Origin: the human T2T-CHM13v2.0 reference genome, Homo sapiens
Length of the DNA: 64,000 nt
Direction: 5' to 3' (one strand)
Assembly: GCF_009914755.1 (NCBI RefSeq)
Contig: NC_060926.1
Shown: one piece after another, positions 29,016 through 48,494 of the stretch
Position numbering within the stretch: position 1 is the stretch's first letter
Layout: each line of letters begins with the position of its first letter
The notes under the pieces: generated by a model
Databases searched by the model: none
Told to the model about the DNA's origin: nothing
The model's input: the letters and a program-made list of their open reading frames with translations, nothing else
Position numbers and translations under genes: made by a program

Positions 29016-29719
29016 GATATGGTACTTACAACTAACAATACTGCGTTATATACTTATTTACACAAATGTTTGTTACGAGGGTAATTGCATGTTAACTGCT
29101 CTTACCATAATAAAATAAAAATTTTTGAAAACATATTCCTTTTTATCTAGATTTAGCAACTTTTTAGCATTCTGCCACATTTGCTTTCTCTCCCTCTCAC
29201 CACACACACACACACATACGTGTGCACACACACACTTTGTTGTTGCTGCTGAACAATTTAGAAGAAACTAAATTGTAAACATCATAACACTTCATCTCTA
29301 AATACTGTAGCATGTATCGCCTGAAAACAAGAATTTTCTGTATAATCAAAATCCTACTATCATACCCAAGAAATTTATCAGGGATATGATAATCTTATTT
29401 AATATATGGTTTATATTCAAATTTCCCTCATCGTCTTCAACTTTTCCTTTATAAGTAGACCAGTTCCTCTACCTTTAATTTGTTTTTAAAGCTTTTATAA
29501 GGTTGATTATTTTTAAACAGCCCAAGCCAGTTATCTTGTAGAGTGCCCCCCAACCTGGACTTGACTAAGGTGATGGAATGTATTTCCCATTAGATCCTAT
29601 GAGGAGGCATCATGTCATTTTGTCCCTTTATTGGTGGTGCTAAATTCGATGATCACACTTACACTTTGCTGGAGCCTTACTTGTTTCAAACATGTAGTAA
29701 GGTTCCAGTGATGGGGACA

Positions 29720-34297
<4,578 letters not shown>

Positions 34298-35410
34298 TTA
34301 AACGCTATTTCTCAGATACTTTGGTGGATCATTTGGGGACAGGGTTGTCTTTAACAAAGTTGATTGGCAGTAGATAAGAGTTTGGGGGTGGAAATGAACC
34401 CTAGATTGGAGACTGCAGTGTGTTATAGAAGAGAAAGCAGCAACGGCATTCCTTAAAGTCATAGTAGCTGACATTTAGTGAAGATTTGCTATGTGCCAGG
34501 GTTTATGTCTTCATGAACATTCTCTTGTTAGCATGTTTCTCTTTTCATAATTTTTTAATTGTAGTATATAACATAGACATTTAAAAAATGTATAGCTGAG
34601 CTTCATGTGTTACTTGAAGGTAACCATTCTTGTCACTACAACCCAAGTCAAGTTTTGACAGTTTTTGCCCCGTGTATTTTGAAGCTATGTTATTAGGTGC
34701 ATAAACAATTAGGATTGCTCTCTCATTATCACATGTTGCAAGAAGTGATGCATGCTAAGATCTGAAGAGTCCCACCTTTGCTATTTCTGTCTCTGACAGT
34801 AGAGTTCCTGAAAATGAAGTTTGTTGCTAGAATGTGCCCTCTTTGTGGGCACATGAATAATGGCTGCTTGGTCAAGGTAGGAAGATGGAATTTTCTGTAG
34901 TAGGAAATTCTCTACATCCCTCCTGTCGGTGATGATTCTTCCATATGTTCACATAGGGGAGCCAATGTAAAGCTATGACTAAGTAGTTAGACCTTAACAT
35001 CAGACAGATCAACCACTTATATGCTGTGTGGCTTGGGCAACTCACTTAACCCTTCGATAAGCTTCCATTCTCTCTTTTTTAAAAAGAACATTATGGCTCA
35101 GTGTTTCCTCTACCGATTCCTTCCACCTCCCCCTTCAAAAATAAAGAGTACTGTGGCTACTTTATTGGTATGTGGCTATACGACGATTAAATAAAAATAC
35201 CTTGGCAGGGTCCATAACACGATGCTTGGCATATAGTAAACACCCAATAAATGTTAAATAATACTGTGTCATTACTGTCTTGTTATATTACCTTACCTGA
35301 ACTGAGGCTCAGTTTGACATATCTTATATGTATTAATCCCCCTGCCATGGGCCACTGCAGTGAGCAGATACTAACAGACTGATTCCATGAGACTTTTTCT
35401 TTTCTTACAG

Positions 35411-35589
35411 GGCCGATGTCCATTGGAATCACTGTGATGCTGATCATACACAACTATTTGTTCCTTTACATCCCTTATTTGATGTGGCTTTACTTTGACT
35501 GGCATACCCCAGAGCGAGGAGGCAGGAGATCCAGCTGGATCAAAAATTGGACTCTTTGGAAACACTTTAAGGACTATTTTCCAATTCAT
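35411..35589 (+). CDS. MOGAT1: MOGAT1 exon 2
   Basis: Acceptor tttcttacag; (G)PMSIGITVMLII...WKHFKDYFPIH; donor GTGAGT; 179 nt, in phase with exon 1. Confidence 0.97.
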
Positions 35590-35686
35590 GTGAGTACAGT
35601 TGTTTTATAAAGTATTATTTTGATTTAGGAGAAGAGTGGAAATTTGTTTTCATCACATATATCTCAAGCTTCTTTTTCAGAGGGGA

Positions 35687-36077
35687 TGTCTTAGTCTGTT
35701 TTGTGCTGCTGTAACAGAATACCAAAGACTAGGTAATTTATAAAGAAAACAAATTTTTTTCTCACAGTTGTGGAGGCTGGGATCTGGCAAGATACCAAAG
35801 ATGCTGGCATCTGGCAAGAGCCTTCCTGCTGCATCAGCCCATAGCGCAAGGTAGAAGGGCAGGAGAGGGCAAGAAAGAGCAAGAGGGGGTTGAATTCATT
35901 CCTTTATAAGGAACTCACTCCCAAGATAACAAACCCACTTCTGTGATAATGGCGTTAATCCATTCACTCTGCTTTCATTCCTAATTACCTCTCATTAGGC
36001 CCCACCTCCCAACACCGTTGCGTTGGGGATTAAGTTTTTAAACACTTACTTTTGAGGGAAACATTCAAACCATAGCA
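35687..36077 (-). mobile_element. MST/MLT1A-type MaLR LTR in MOGAT1 intron 2
   Basis: TGTCTTAGTCTGTTTTGTGCTGCTGTAACAGAATACC...ACATTCAAACCATAGCA. Confidence 0.75.
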
Positions 36078-36331
36078 GAGAGAAAGGCTGCAATTTGGTT
36101 CCAATTACTAAATGAACTGTAAGCTGACTTGACAAAATCTAGAAGGCTATATATAAAGGGATCTGGGCTCAGAAGATAGTTTAGAAATTTGGAAACAGCT
36201 CCAACCCAGGGAACAAAAATGAGTCATGTTCTCCATTTTCTCTTGACATAAAAACTAGTCCTTTTGTTTCTCATTGGAAAATAATAAGGGAAGTTTCTTT
36301 TTTTTAAAATCTCAATATGAATGTGCTGTAG

Positions 36332-36536
36332 CTTATCAAAACTCAAGATTTGGATCCAAGTCACAACTATATATTTGGGTTTCACCCCCATGGAATAATG
36401 GCAGTTGGAGCCTTTGGGAATTTTTCTGTAAATTATTCTGACTTCAAGGACCTGTTTCCTGGCTTTACTTCATATCTTCACGTGCTGCCACTTTGGTTCT
36501 GGTGTCCTGTCTTTCGAGAATATGTGATGAGTGTTG
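36332..36536 (+). CDS. MOGAT1: MOGAT1 exon 3 (contains the HPHG motif)
   Basis: Acceptor gctgtag; LIKTQDLDPSHNYIFGFHPHG...FREYVMSV; donor GTAAGT; 205 nt. HPHG is the DGAT2/MOGAT family motif. Confidence 0.97.
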
Positions 36537-37038
36537 GTAAGTGATGGCAGATCACTGTTTCCACAGTGCTTTGGGGTAGCAGGAGCACACAGAACATTCC
36601 CTCCCAGGCCCATGTGTGTTTATGGTCTCTTAGAGTAAAACCTGTTTTATCCTCATCTGGCACTTCCTATGGTGTCTGGGTGTTTCCTGCCCTCCCCCAC
36701 TGGACTGTAAGTGGCAGAAACACAAACTGTGTCTTCTTTTCTGTTCCATCCCAAGTATCCAGCATGGTGCCTGGAACATAGAAATGTTCAATGAATATTA
36801 ACACAATGATCAAATAAAGTAATGAATGCAGTTTGTGTATTCAGATGTAGAAAAAGAAATCAGGGATCAAGTAAGTGACAAATCACACCCTTGGAGAGGC
36901 ACCATGCATGCTGTTACGAATACTAGAAATGGAAAATGTCTTTCATTGTGTCTTGAAGTAACAGCAGTGATAAAACTAAGCATATTCAACTTGCTGTCTT
37001 CCTAGATGAAAAATAACTTGGCTCAGAAATAAGAGTCC

Positions 37039-38587
<1,549 letters not shown>

Positions 38588-40555
38588 AATCACTGGTTTC
38601 TGACATCATGAATTGTTTTCTGTGGTACAACCTTCAGTTCCTTAAAAGGTAAATAGAAATACTCAAACTTTCAGCCAGTGGAGGTTTGGACTATCCTTGT
38701 TTCTAAGTCTAAAGAATTATCTATACTTCCCAGAACCAGCTTCCTAGGACAGCCCTTGGTCCAAGGCTGCCCCTCTCCACTGTGCCTGCCCAAGCGGCTG
38801 CCTCTCTGGGTGTGAAAGACTGACAGACATAGGCACCAGACCTCACGTAGTAAGGAACCATAGGGCTTCAGAGGGCCTTTGTTGACAGCAGTCTGTTTTG
38901 CTCTTACCCAATAGGATTCTGCATCTGTAAGTCCTTTTAAATCCCACCTCCAACCCATTCCTCTTGTCCCATTTTGGGTGTATCTATACCTATCAGGTGT
39001 CAGCCAGAGCCAACTGCGTTTCAGGTTCATACTTCTTTCTGTTTACCCCTTAAGGCTGGACAGGTAACAGAATCAGATCACAACAGCCTTATATACCATA
39101 CAGAGGACTTTCGATTTTATTTTGTAGATAAGCCATGGGGAACTTGGAGGGATTTTGAGCAAAGGAGGGATCTGATGGATTTGGTGTGATAGAAAGATAA
39201 TTCAGGCAGCAGCTTGGAACGTGGTTACAGGCAGGTAGGCCTGGAGACTGATGATGGAAGCGGCCTGTTGAGTGATGAAGGGAGAGGTGATAAGGGCTAT
39301 GCTAACAGTGGCAATGGCACTGGAGATACAGAAGAGGAGATTAATATCAAAAATATTTGATACAGTCTCTAAGACTTAATGATTGATTCATCCTCATGAA
39401 GTCAGTAACTATTTTGTCATTATTATCAATACTTAGCCCAGTACCTGGCCAGTAGCAGGTGCTCAATAAATGCTTTTAAATGAATGAATGATCAGTCAAT
39501 GTGGTGGCTAAGAAAGGAGAATGTGGCTACATATGGAAGAAGCTGTGTTTTGACCAGATAGATGATGGTCCCATTCACCTTGATAAATAATGTTGGAAGA
39601 GGGACAACTTTAAGGGAGAATTTAATGCATTCGGTTTGGAGACGTGTAGTTTGAGGTGTCTTAGAGCTGTCACTGTAGAGCTGTCAATTGGGCATTTGGA
39701 GATATGGGCCTGGAACCTCAGGAGGAAGATCTCCTGACAGATGGATTTGGGAGAACTCAGCATACATAAATGGTAGTTGAATCCATGGGTGTAGATGAGG
39801 TTAGAGGACAAGAGAGATAAGGAAGGACCCCTAAGAAATAGCAGCATTGAAGGATGGCCTGAAGACAAGGAGCCTGAGGGAAAACGGAGAAGTGGCCAGA
39901 GGCAAGCTAGGAGAGCCAGGGGTGTGGAAACCCAAGAGGCCCTCTTCCTGGTGGAAGAGATGCACCCAACTCTCACTCAGGTTCACACAGAGCAGAATGG
40001 CATGTCTTGACCTCAGTGAAGGTTCAAACCCATCTAGGCAGGCTCAGGCTCTCTACCTCTAACCCAGCATCCTCTGCCTCTTAAGAGGGCAGTTGGTCAT
40101 TCAGAATCCTGTCATAATTCCTCCCATAATAGAAACCCAGAGTAAAATTAGCATATCATTTTCTTCAAGTGATGAGATATGCTATGTCTTTATAAAGACT
40201 GTCTAACACTTTCTGTTATGACTAAATAAAAATGGATAAAACCCAGAATGGAAAGAAACATAAGACATTAAAAAGTGATTATTTCTGAAATGTAGTTCAA
40301 GACTGGTTTGTATGTTTGTCTTTATTCTTTCCTATATTTTCCTCCAAGAGTATGTAGAACATGTGAAATCTGAAAAGGAATCTTTTAAGTTATTTTTACA
40401 TGGGAAAGCCTGAAATACAGACCGAACAATTATCTAACTGTTTTAAATGAACAATTTACCAAAGTCAGACTATACTTATTGGAAACATGTAGAGATCTGG
40501 CAAGTGATCTAGGTTGTCAAATGTCTTGTTTTTTTTTTTTTTTTTTTAACCATTT

Positions 40556-40916
40556 TGTATTAGTTCATTTTCACACTGCTGATAAAGACATATCCAAGAC
40601 TGGGAAGAAAAAGAGGTTTGAAAGACTTACAGTTCTACATGGCTGGGGAGGCCTCATAATCATGGTGGAAGGCAAGGAGAAGCAAGTCACGTCTTACATG
40701 GGTGGCGGCAGGCAAGGAGAGAGCTTGTGCAGGGAAACTCCTCTTTATGAAACAATCAGATCTCATGGGACTTATTCACTATCACGAGAACAGCATGAGA
40801 AAGACCTGCCCCCACGAGTCAGTTACCTCCAACTTGGTCCCTTCCACGACATGAAGGAATTGTGGGAGTTGCAATTCAAGGTGAGATTTAGGTGGGGGCA
40901 CAGTCAAACGATATCA
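40556..40916 (-). mobile_element. THE1B-like MaLR solo LTR
   Basis: TGTATTAGTTCATTTTCACACTGCTGATAAAGACA...AAACGATATCA; 5-bp TSD CATTT. Confidence 0.88.
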
Positions 40917-41060
40917 CATTTATATTATAAATCCAGGTTTGGAAAATAATGATCCATATAGAATATCTGAAAACAGGCCATTATATATTCAGAAAATCCA
41001 CTGCAGCCTCTTGGAGAATATACTTTTTGGTTCTGTGTAAAAATTCGCCATGATAAATAT

Positions 41061-41200
41061 CAAGGCCACCACATACAGCTGTGCAGGTTGTGCACTGAAC
41101 AACTCCAGGGGCAGGGGATCCTTTTACTTAGAATGCAATATAAATGGTGTCCTCTAGAGTTCAGTAGTGCACAACCTACCTAAACAAACAAGTGGTAGAC
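41061..41200. mobile_element. MER91-like hAT miniature element
   Basis: Inverted AGGTTGTGCACT / AGTGCACAACCT motifs. Confidence 0.55.
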
Positions 41201-41440
41201 CTAGTAATGACTGAATGACATTTTAAAGACCTAGCCCATTACCTGCCAAGATGTTAACTTATTAATAGAATACATTACTAAAGATTTGGCTATGAAAAAT
41301 TACAAACTTACAAAGTGCTCCAAAGGTAAGCAGTGTAGGAAATTTTGTTAAATGTTTACTATTGTCATGGAATATTATGATAAAACATTGTAATATTGTT
41401 AGAAAAGGATAACTAGTTACTTTTTGTTTTATTCACTAAG

Positions 41441-41615
41441 GGCTGGTTCCAGTTTCCAAGAAAAGTGTGTCCTACATGGTAAGCAAGGAGGGAGGTGGAA
41501 ACATCTCTGTCATTGTCCTTGGGGGTGCAAAAGAATCACTGGATGCTCATCCTGGAAAGTTCACTCTGTTCATCCGCCAGCGGAAAGGATTTGTTAAAAT
41601 TGCTTTGACCCATGG
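41441..41615 (+). CDS. MOGAT1: MOGAT1 exon 4
   Basis: Acceptor ttcactaag; (G)LVPVSKKSVSYMVSKEGGGNISVIVLGGAKESLDAHPGKFTLFIRQRKGFVKIALTHG; donor GTAAGT; 175 nt. Confidence 0.96.
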
Positions 41616-42167
41616 GTAAGTGGCTTTTTGTATAAAGTAGGGGGTCAGAAAAGTTAAGACATTATTAAACAAACCACGAAGAAGTAAGGTGATTTTCTAG
41701 CCCTTAAAGACCTCCTCCAAATCGATCTGACAGTAAAAGCAGGTGTGGATGTTCTTGGGGAATGGAATATGACCTTTTTACTACAGTAGCTCAATGCCAT
41801 GACATTCAGCAATTAAACTTAACTCTAAAAGCAAAACAACGAGAACAACAACAAAAACCAACATTCTATATATACAGTGTAATTTTCCAGCCAAATCAAC
41901 AGTGGCCAAAGCTATAGATAAAAGAGAAGTTTCCTGGAACCCTAATTTTCTATAGAATAAAATCCTGTCAATGGCTAGCCTGCTGAAATTCCTCCCTAAA
42001 GAATGTCAAGTTTAAGACAGTTTCAATGAACGTGAAGTTAGCAATATAGGAAGGCTTGGGCACATTTAAAAAATTTTTCAGAAGTTGTTGCAAGAGTCAG
42101 CTAAACAGAATAAATTATTTGAATCCTTTTCATTGAAAATTCTCACCCGTCCCCTTTGTTATTGCAG

Positions 42168-42367
42168 CACCTCTCTGGTCCCAGTGGTTTCTTTTGGTGA
42201 AAATGAACTGTTTAAACAAACTGACAACCCTGAAGGATCATGGATTAGAACTGTTCAGAATAAACTGCAGAAGATCATGGGGTTTGCTTTGCCCCTGTTT
42301 CATGCCAGGGGAGTTTTTCAGTACAATTTTGGCCTAATGACCTATAGGAAAGCCATCCACACTGTTG
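42168..42367 (+). CDS. MOGAT1: MOGAT1 exon 5
   Basis: Acceptor ttattgcag; [15 protein letters not shown]...YRKAIHTV; donor GTATGT; 200 nt. Confidence 0.96.
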
Positions 42368-42840
42368 GTATGTACATAAAATAACTACAACTATTAGCTT
42401 ACTTTAAGCAATGTTTCTTGTTATTGATTGAGGTGCTAATGCAAGGGAAGTGGCTTTGAGTAAGAACTTCCTGAAACAATAATCCTGTAGATGTTATTTG
42501 AGTTTTGTTTCTGGTATTCCTTTTATTTATGAAATGACTACATTTTCCACTAGAATAGGAATTGATTACTTTCAAGAATACTGCTATTGCACTACAAGTA
42601 AAATCCAATTTTCAAAATAAAGTTTCTAATACTCTATAATGAATCTATTTCTCTGTGCCAGCCAATTATAGCATAGCAATTCTTTGATGACAAGTCATAT
42701 CAGAGTTTACAGATAGATGAACATTTCTGTATGATAAGTGTCCTCATTATGTTCAGTTCACATAAGCATCAGTTTCTATAGCAAAAGCTTTTTTTTTGCA
42801 GCTAGCTGTTTTATATATATTCTGCTATTCTGCTATAGAC

Positions 42841-43744
42841 TTATTTTTTTTTTATTTCAGTAGGTTTTTGGGGAACAGGTGGTGTTTGGTCACATGAATA
42901 AATTCTTTAGTTGTGATTTCTGAGATTTTGGTGCACCCATCACTGGAGCAGTGTATACTCCACCCAATATGTAGTCTTTTATCCCTCACCCCTCTTCCAC
43001 TCTTTCCCCCGAGTCCCCAAAGTCCATTGCATCATTCTTAATGCCTTTGTGTCCTCATAGCTTAGCTCCCACTTATGAGTGAGAACATACGATGTTTGGT
43101 TTTCCATTCCTGAGTTACTTCACTTAGAATAATGGTTTCCAATTCCATCCAGGTTGCTGAAAATGCCATTATTTCATTACTTCTTATGGCTAAGTAGTAG
43201 TCCATGATGTTTATATACATATATCACAATTTCCTTATCCACTCAATGATGGGCATTTGGGCTGGTTCCATATTTTTGCAATTGCAAATTGTTCTGCTAT
43301 AAACATGTGTGTGCAAGTATATTTTTCGTATAATGACTTCTTTTCCTCAGGGTAGATACCCAGTAGTGGGATTGCTAGATCAAATGGTAGTTCTACTTTT
43401 AGTTCTTTAAGGAATGTCTACAGTTTTCCCTAGCGGTTGTACTAGTTCACATTCCTACCAGCAGTGTGAAAGTGTTCCCTTTTCACTGCATCCACACCAA
43501 CATCTATTATTTTTTGAATTTTTGATTATGGCCATTTTTGCAGGAGTAAGGTGGTATCGCATTATGATTTTGATTTACATTTCCCTGATCATTAGTGATG
43601 TTGAGCATTTTTTCATATGTTTGTTGACCATTTGTATATCTTCTTTTCAGAATTGTCTATTCATGTCCTTAGCCCTTTTTGATGGGATTGTTTGTTTTGT
43701 TCTTGCTGATTTATTTGCATTCCTTGTTGATTCTGACTCTTAAT
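42841..43744 (-). mobile_element. L1PB-type 3' fragment (~0.9 kb, 5'-truncated)
   Basis: T-rich tail followed by L1 3'UTR and ORF2-end sequence; TSD TAGACT(T/C)ATTTT at 42836 and 43745. Confidence 0.85.
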
Positions 43745-43835
43745 TAGACTCATTTTATTTTAAAAAGCTGCATGTTTGGGAGAATCCAGTTGAGGGAGGA
43801 GGGTGAAGACCATGTTGATAAAAATACTGAGGAGT

Positions 43836-44145
43836 TGGCCAAGTGTGGTGGCACACACCTGTATTCCTAGCACTTTGGGAGGCTGAGACAGGAGGAATGC
43901 CTGAGCCCAGGAGTTCGAGACCAGACTGGCAACAAAGCTGGACCTCATCTCTACTAAAAATTTTAAAAATTAGCGGGGCACCATGGCATGTGCTTGTAAT
44001 CCCAGTGCTTTGGGAGGCTGTGGAAGAAGGAGCACTTGAGCCCAGGAGTTGGAGGTTGGAGTGAGCTATGATTGTGCCATGACACTATAGCCTGGGTGAC
44101 AGATCAAGACCCTATCTCAGAAAAACAAAAACAAAAACAAAAAAC
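43836..44145 (+). mobile_element. Alu (J-like)
   Basis: Diverged Alu with (CAAAAA)n tail. Confidence 0.88.
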
Positions 44146-44524
44146 CCAGGAGCAAAGTATTTAGCTCCCTCAGATTGGAAGAGGATTGGAGAGCTAAAAT
44201 GAGAATGTGCTGAGCCAGGCACTAATAGCAGAATTACTAAAACTATAAACATATTATGAAGCTGGAAGTAATATGTTCACCATGGATAGCCCATTAAGTA
44301 AAATTCAAATATAGTCAAATATTGTTTTAGGTCTGTTTTGCTAGGCTAGGATTTTACTACCATCAGTTTATAAGTGCTTTCCATTTAATATGCAATCACA
44401 TGACATTATTTTTCCCACAGTAATTACGTTTATTATTATTAAATCTTAAGTATCTGAAAGGTATAAATGTGGGTCAAATGGAAGAAAATAGGAACTGAAA
44501 TAAAACTATTGCAGACGCACATGA

Positions 44525-45093
<569 letters not shown>

Positions 45094-46040
45094 TAATGGA
45101 CACAGGAACATATGTTTATAAGACATTGAGATTCTTATGACAAGAGACATCCCTGTAGGGAAGCAGGTCATAGACATAGCAGATGGGGTTTTTAGTGAGA
45201 GACTGGAAAATGAATAGCATGAACTGAAATAAAATAAGGATTCCTTGTGCATTTGGTAGTACAATCTGGGGAGTAATTGCTAACTTCTCATGGACTAGTT
45301 GACCGTCAGGACAAAAGATGTTACTTCCATGTATTTCCTTTACTTCAAAAAGTTTCTCAATCCCCCAAGTGTAAGGGTGACATGGAAACAGGGAGGTGAC
45401 ATTAGATGTTGAGAAGAAAGCAAGCTAAATGTTATCTCTAAGCCAAGAAGGTAGACAACATTATAGATTTCTGAGGCTGGTTGGTGGCATATAAACAGGA
45501 CTTCTTGTGACTGGTAAATATGTATATGGACCCTATCTCGGAAATGCTGGTGATCCTGAACAGGAAACATGAGATTCCATCTTGTACTAGTCAGAGAGAT
45601 AGTCTTTCCTGCTTATGTTCAATTTCCCAGTGTCTCGAGTAGCCCTTGCACTGGCCTCACTTTCCTACTCTGTTGTTGGTAGTCGCAGCTGGAGAGTCAA
45701 TCACCTTCACCTAATGGTTCAGGGAGGCTAATGGAGGGTCTCCGGCTTCACCATTGCCACCCTCCTCTCACACACATACCACCTCAACTCTCAGCAGTTC
45801 TTTGAGAAAGCCTTTCCATGGAGGATGGTCACACAGCCTCTGCTTCTTAGGGTAGTGCCATCTATTATAATATCAAAGAGTTCAGAAGAGTAAGGAGTTC
45901 CGTCCTTCCATAGCCAGGCCTTGCCATTGCCCAGGTGGAAGAGCCCTGTCTGATAAGAGTAGAAAAACTCAGAGTAGCTTTGAGACACAGCAAACTCCAG
46001 CAGTTCTTGTGTGTTTATCTTTGGATGGTAGAGTTCTTAG

Positions 46041-46376
<336 letters not shown>

Positions 46377-46565
46377 AACTTTTGCTACCTTTATAGAACT
46401 GGTAGCATTTGTCCCCATACACCTATTTTTCTGGACATAGGTTGCACCTGTGTACTCCAGCTTTGTTGCAGAGCTCATGACAGAGTTTTTCAGCCACATG
46501 CTTCAGACTTTCTGCAAACTTCATGTTCTGGGCTGGAGGAGATTTGACCTGTTGGGAGATATTTC

Positions 46566-46875
46566 TTTTTTTTTTTTTTTTTTTTTTTTTTTGAGACGGA
46601 GTCTCACTATGTCACCCAGGCTGGAGTGCAGTGGCACAATCTCTGCTCACTGCAAGCTCTGCCTCCTGGATTCAGGCCATTCTCCTGCCTCAGCCTCTTG
46701 AGTAGCTGCGACTACAGCTGCCTGCCACCATGCCCGGCTACTTTGTTTTGTATTTTTAGTAAAGACGGAGTTTCACTGTGTTAGCCAGAATGGTCTTGAT
46801 CTCCTGACCTTGTGATCCGCCCATCTCAGCCTCCCAAAGTACTGGGATTACAGGCGTGAGCCACCGCGCCCAGCT
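46566..46875 (-). mobile_element. Alu (Y-like) interrupting the CLEC1A retrocopy
   Basis: Reverse Alu; TSD CTGTTGGGAGATATTTCTT. Confidence 0.9.
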
Positions 46876-48190
46876 TCTGTTGGGAGATATTTCTTAATAT
46901 TTCTTCCTTTTACGAGACGGTGTCTTGCTGAGTATTCGAGAGCTGGTATTAACTGAAAAACTGGAGCAGAAATGGATTTCATATGACATTATTCTTAAAT
47001 GCTGTTTAATTAATAAAATGGAATGTTAATAGACTTGATCTGTTAGGGTAATGGGAATTTTGAGATAAATTTAAGTTTGCAATGGTATTGTTCAAGATAA
47101 GCTGGTTACTTTTTTGGCATAACATTCATTAACCATTTTTGATCTCTTATATGCAAAGTACTATTGTTAGCTTTGGGGATGATATAAAGGAAATTGTAAG
47201 GCATGATAATAGGAACTAAAAGTTTAATGAAATGTAACCATATGCTCACATGAAATAAGCTGTTGATGCTGAAAGCAAGTGTAGTCTGTAGGCTTAAATG
47301 ATTGCACTTGTCACCTGGTTAAGCTTTTTTACTTTTTAAATGGTTTGCCATTTGATATCGCCCAGTTATACCTCTACTGACAAATAATCATCAGTCAAGG
47401 GTTGAATGGAATTACTGAATCTGAATTAGTTGTCAAGACTGGAAAACTGCAACTGTATTAACTTGTTTTCACTCATACTTGTCCAATGTGCTTCTCTTAA
47501 ACATTCAGAAAGGGGGAAATTGCTTCAGTCCCTCCCTCTACTTACCCTGCAAACAGTTACAATGATTAGTAGTCTGTATCATCCTCAATATCCCGTTGTT
47601 GTTTCAAACGTTTAAAAACTCAAGCTAAGAATATGTTTTGTATATGTTTCATAAAGACTGACCTGCTATGATCTTAAGGTATAAGAATGGGAGTCCATAA
47701 TGTAGAGCATCTCGATTTGTGTGAACTAGACCCTGAAGACTGTATTTAAAGACTTATTTACTTGAAAAAACACAAGTGGAGGATAGAACATTTACAATTC
47801 CATAAAAAAAGTAAAGCCATGTGTCAATCAAATGCCACAGAGAATAAAACACAATATAAGGCTGAAACAGTGATGTAAATGACTGTGTTCATTTCTATTT
47901 TAAATCATGCACTTGAAATGCAGTGTGGCTTCATTGCTGACTCCCTGACGTGAATTCTCCCTGTCCTACCCCAGGAAGGATTTAGGCAACATCTCAGAGC
48001 GGCAAGTTATTCTGTGGTCCCTCTGCTCCCTCTCCTACTTTATTAACTTAAGTAAGCGCTACCTTACGTCATAAGATAAACATCAACTCACTCAGTATTA
48101 GTTGGATTCATCCCAAATCATCACCTTAGCTAAATCCTCTCACAGGTGTCCAGAGAAGCCTGGATTCTCCATCCTTTAATAGTTTCCCAT

Positions 48191-48371
48191 GGCTGGCCGC
48201 GGTGGCTCACGCCTGTAATCCCAGCTAGTTGGGAGGAAGAGGCATGAGAATCACTTGAACCTGGGAGGTAGAGGTTGAAGTGAGCGGAGATCGTGCCACT
48301 GCACTCCAGCCTGGGTGACAGAGTGAGACTGTCTTGAAAGAAAGAGAGAAAAAGAGAGAGAGAGAGAGGAG

Positions 48372-48418
<47 letters not shown>

Positions 48419-48463
48419 ATTAAAGAGGGAAAGAAAGGAAAGGAAAAGAGGAAGGAAGGAAAG

Positions 48464-48494
<31 letters not shown>

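Noticed and set aside
43414-43743. 109-aa hydrophobic ORF
   Set aside because: Antisense reading of an L1 ORF2 3' fragment.
45791-45988. 65-aa lectin-like ORF as a functional gene
   Set aside because: It is a fragment of the CLEC1A retrocopy with in-frame stops, a W-to-Q change in the YWTGL-like motif, and Alu interruptions.
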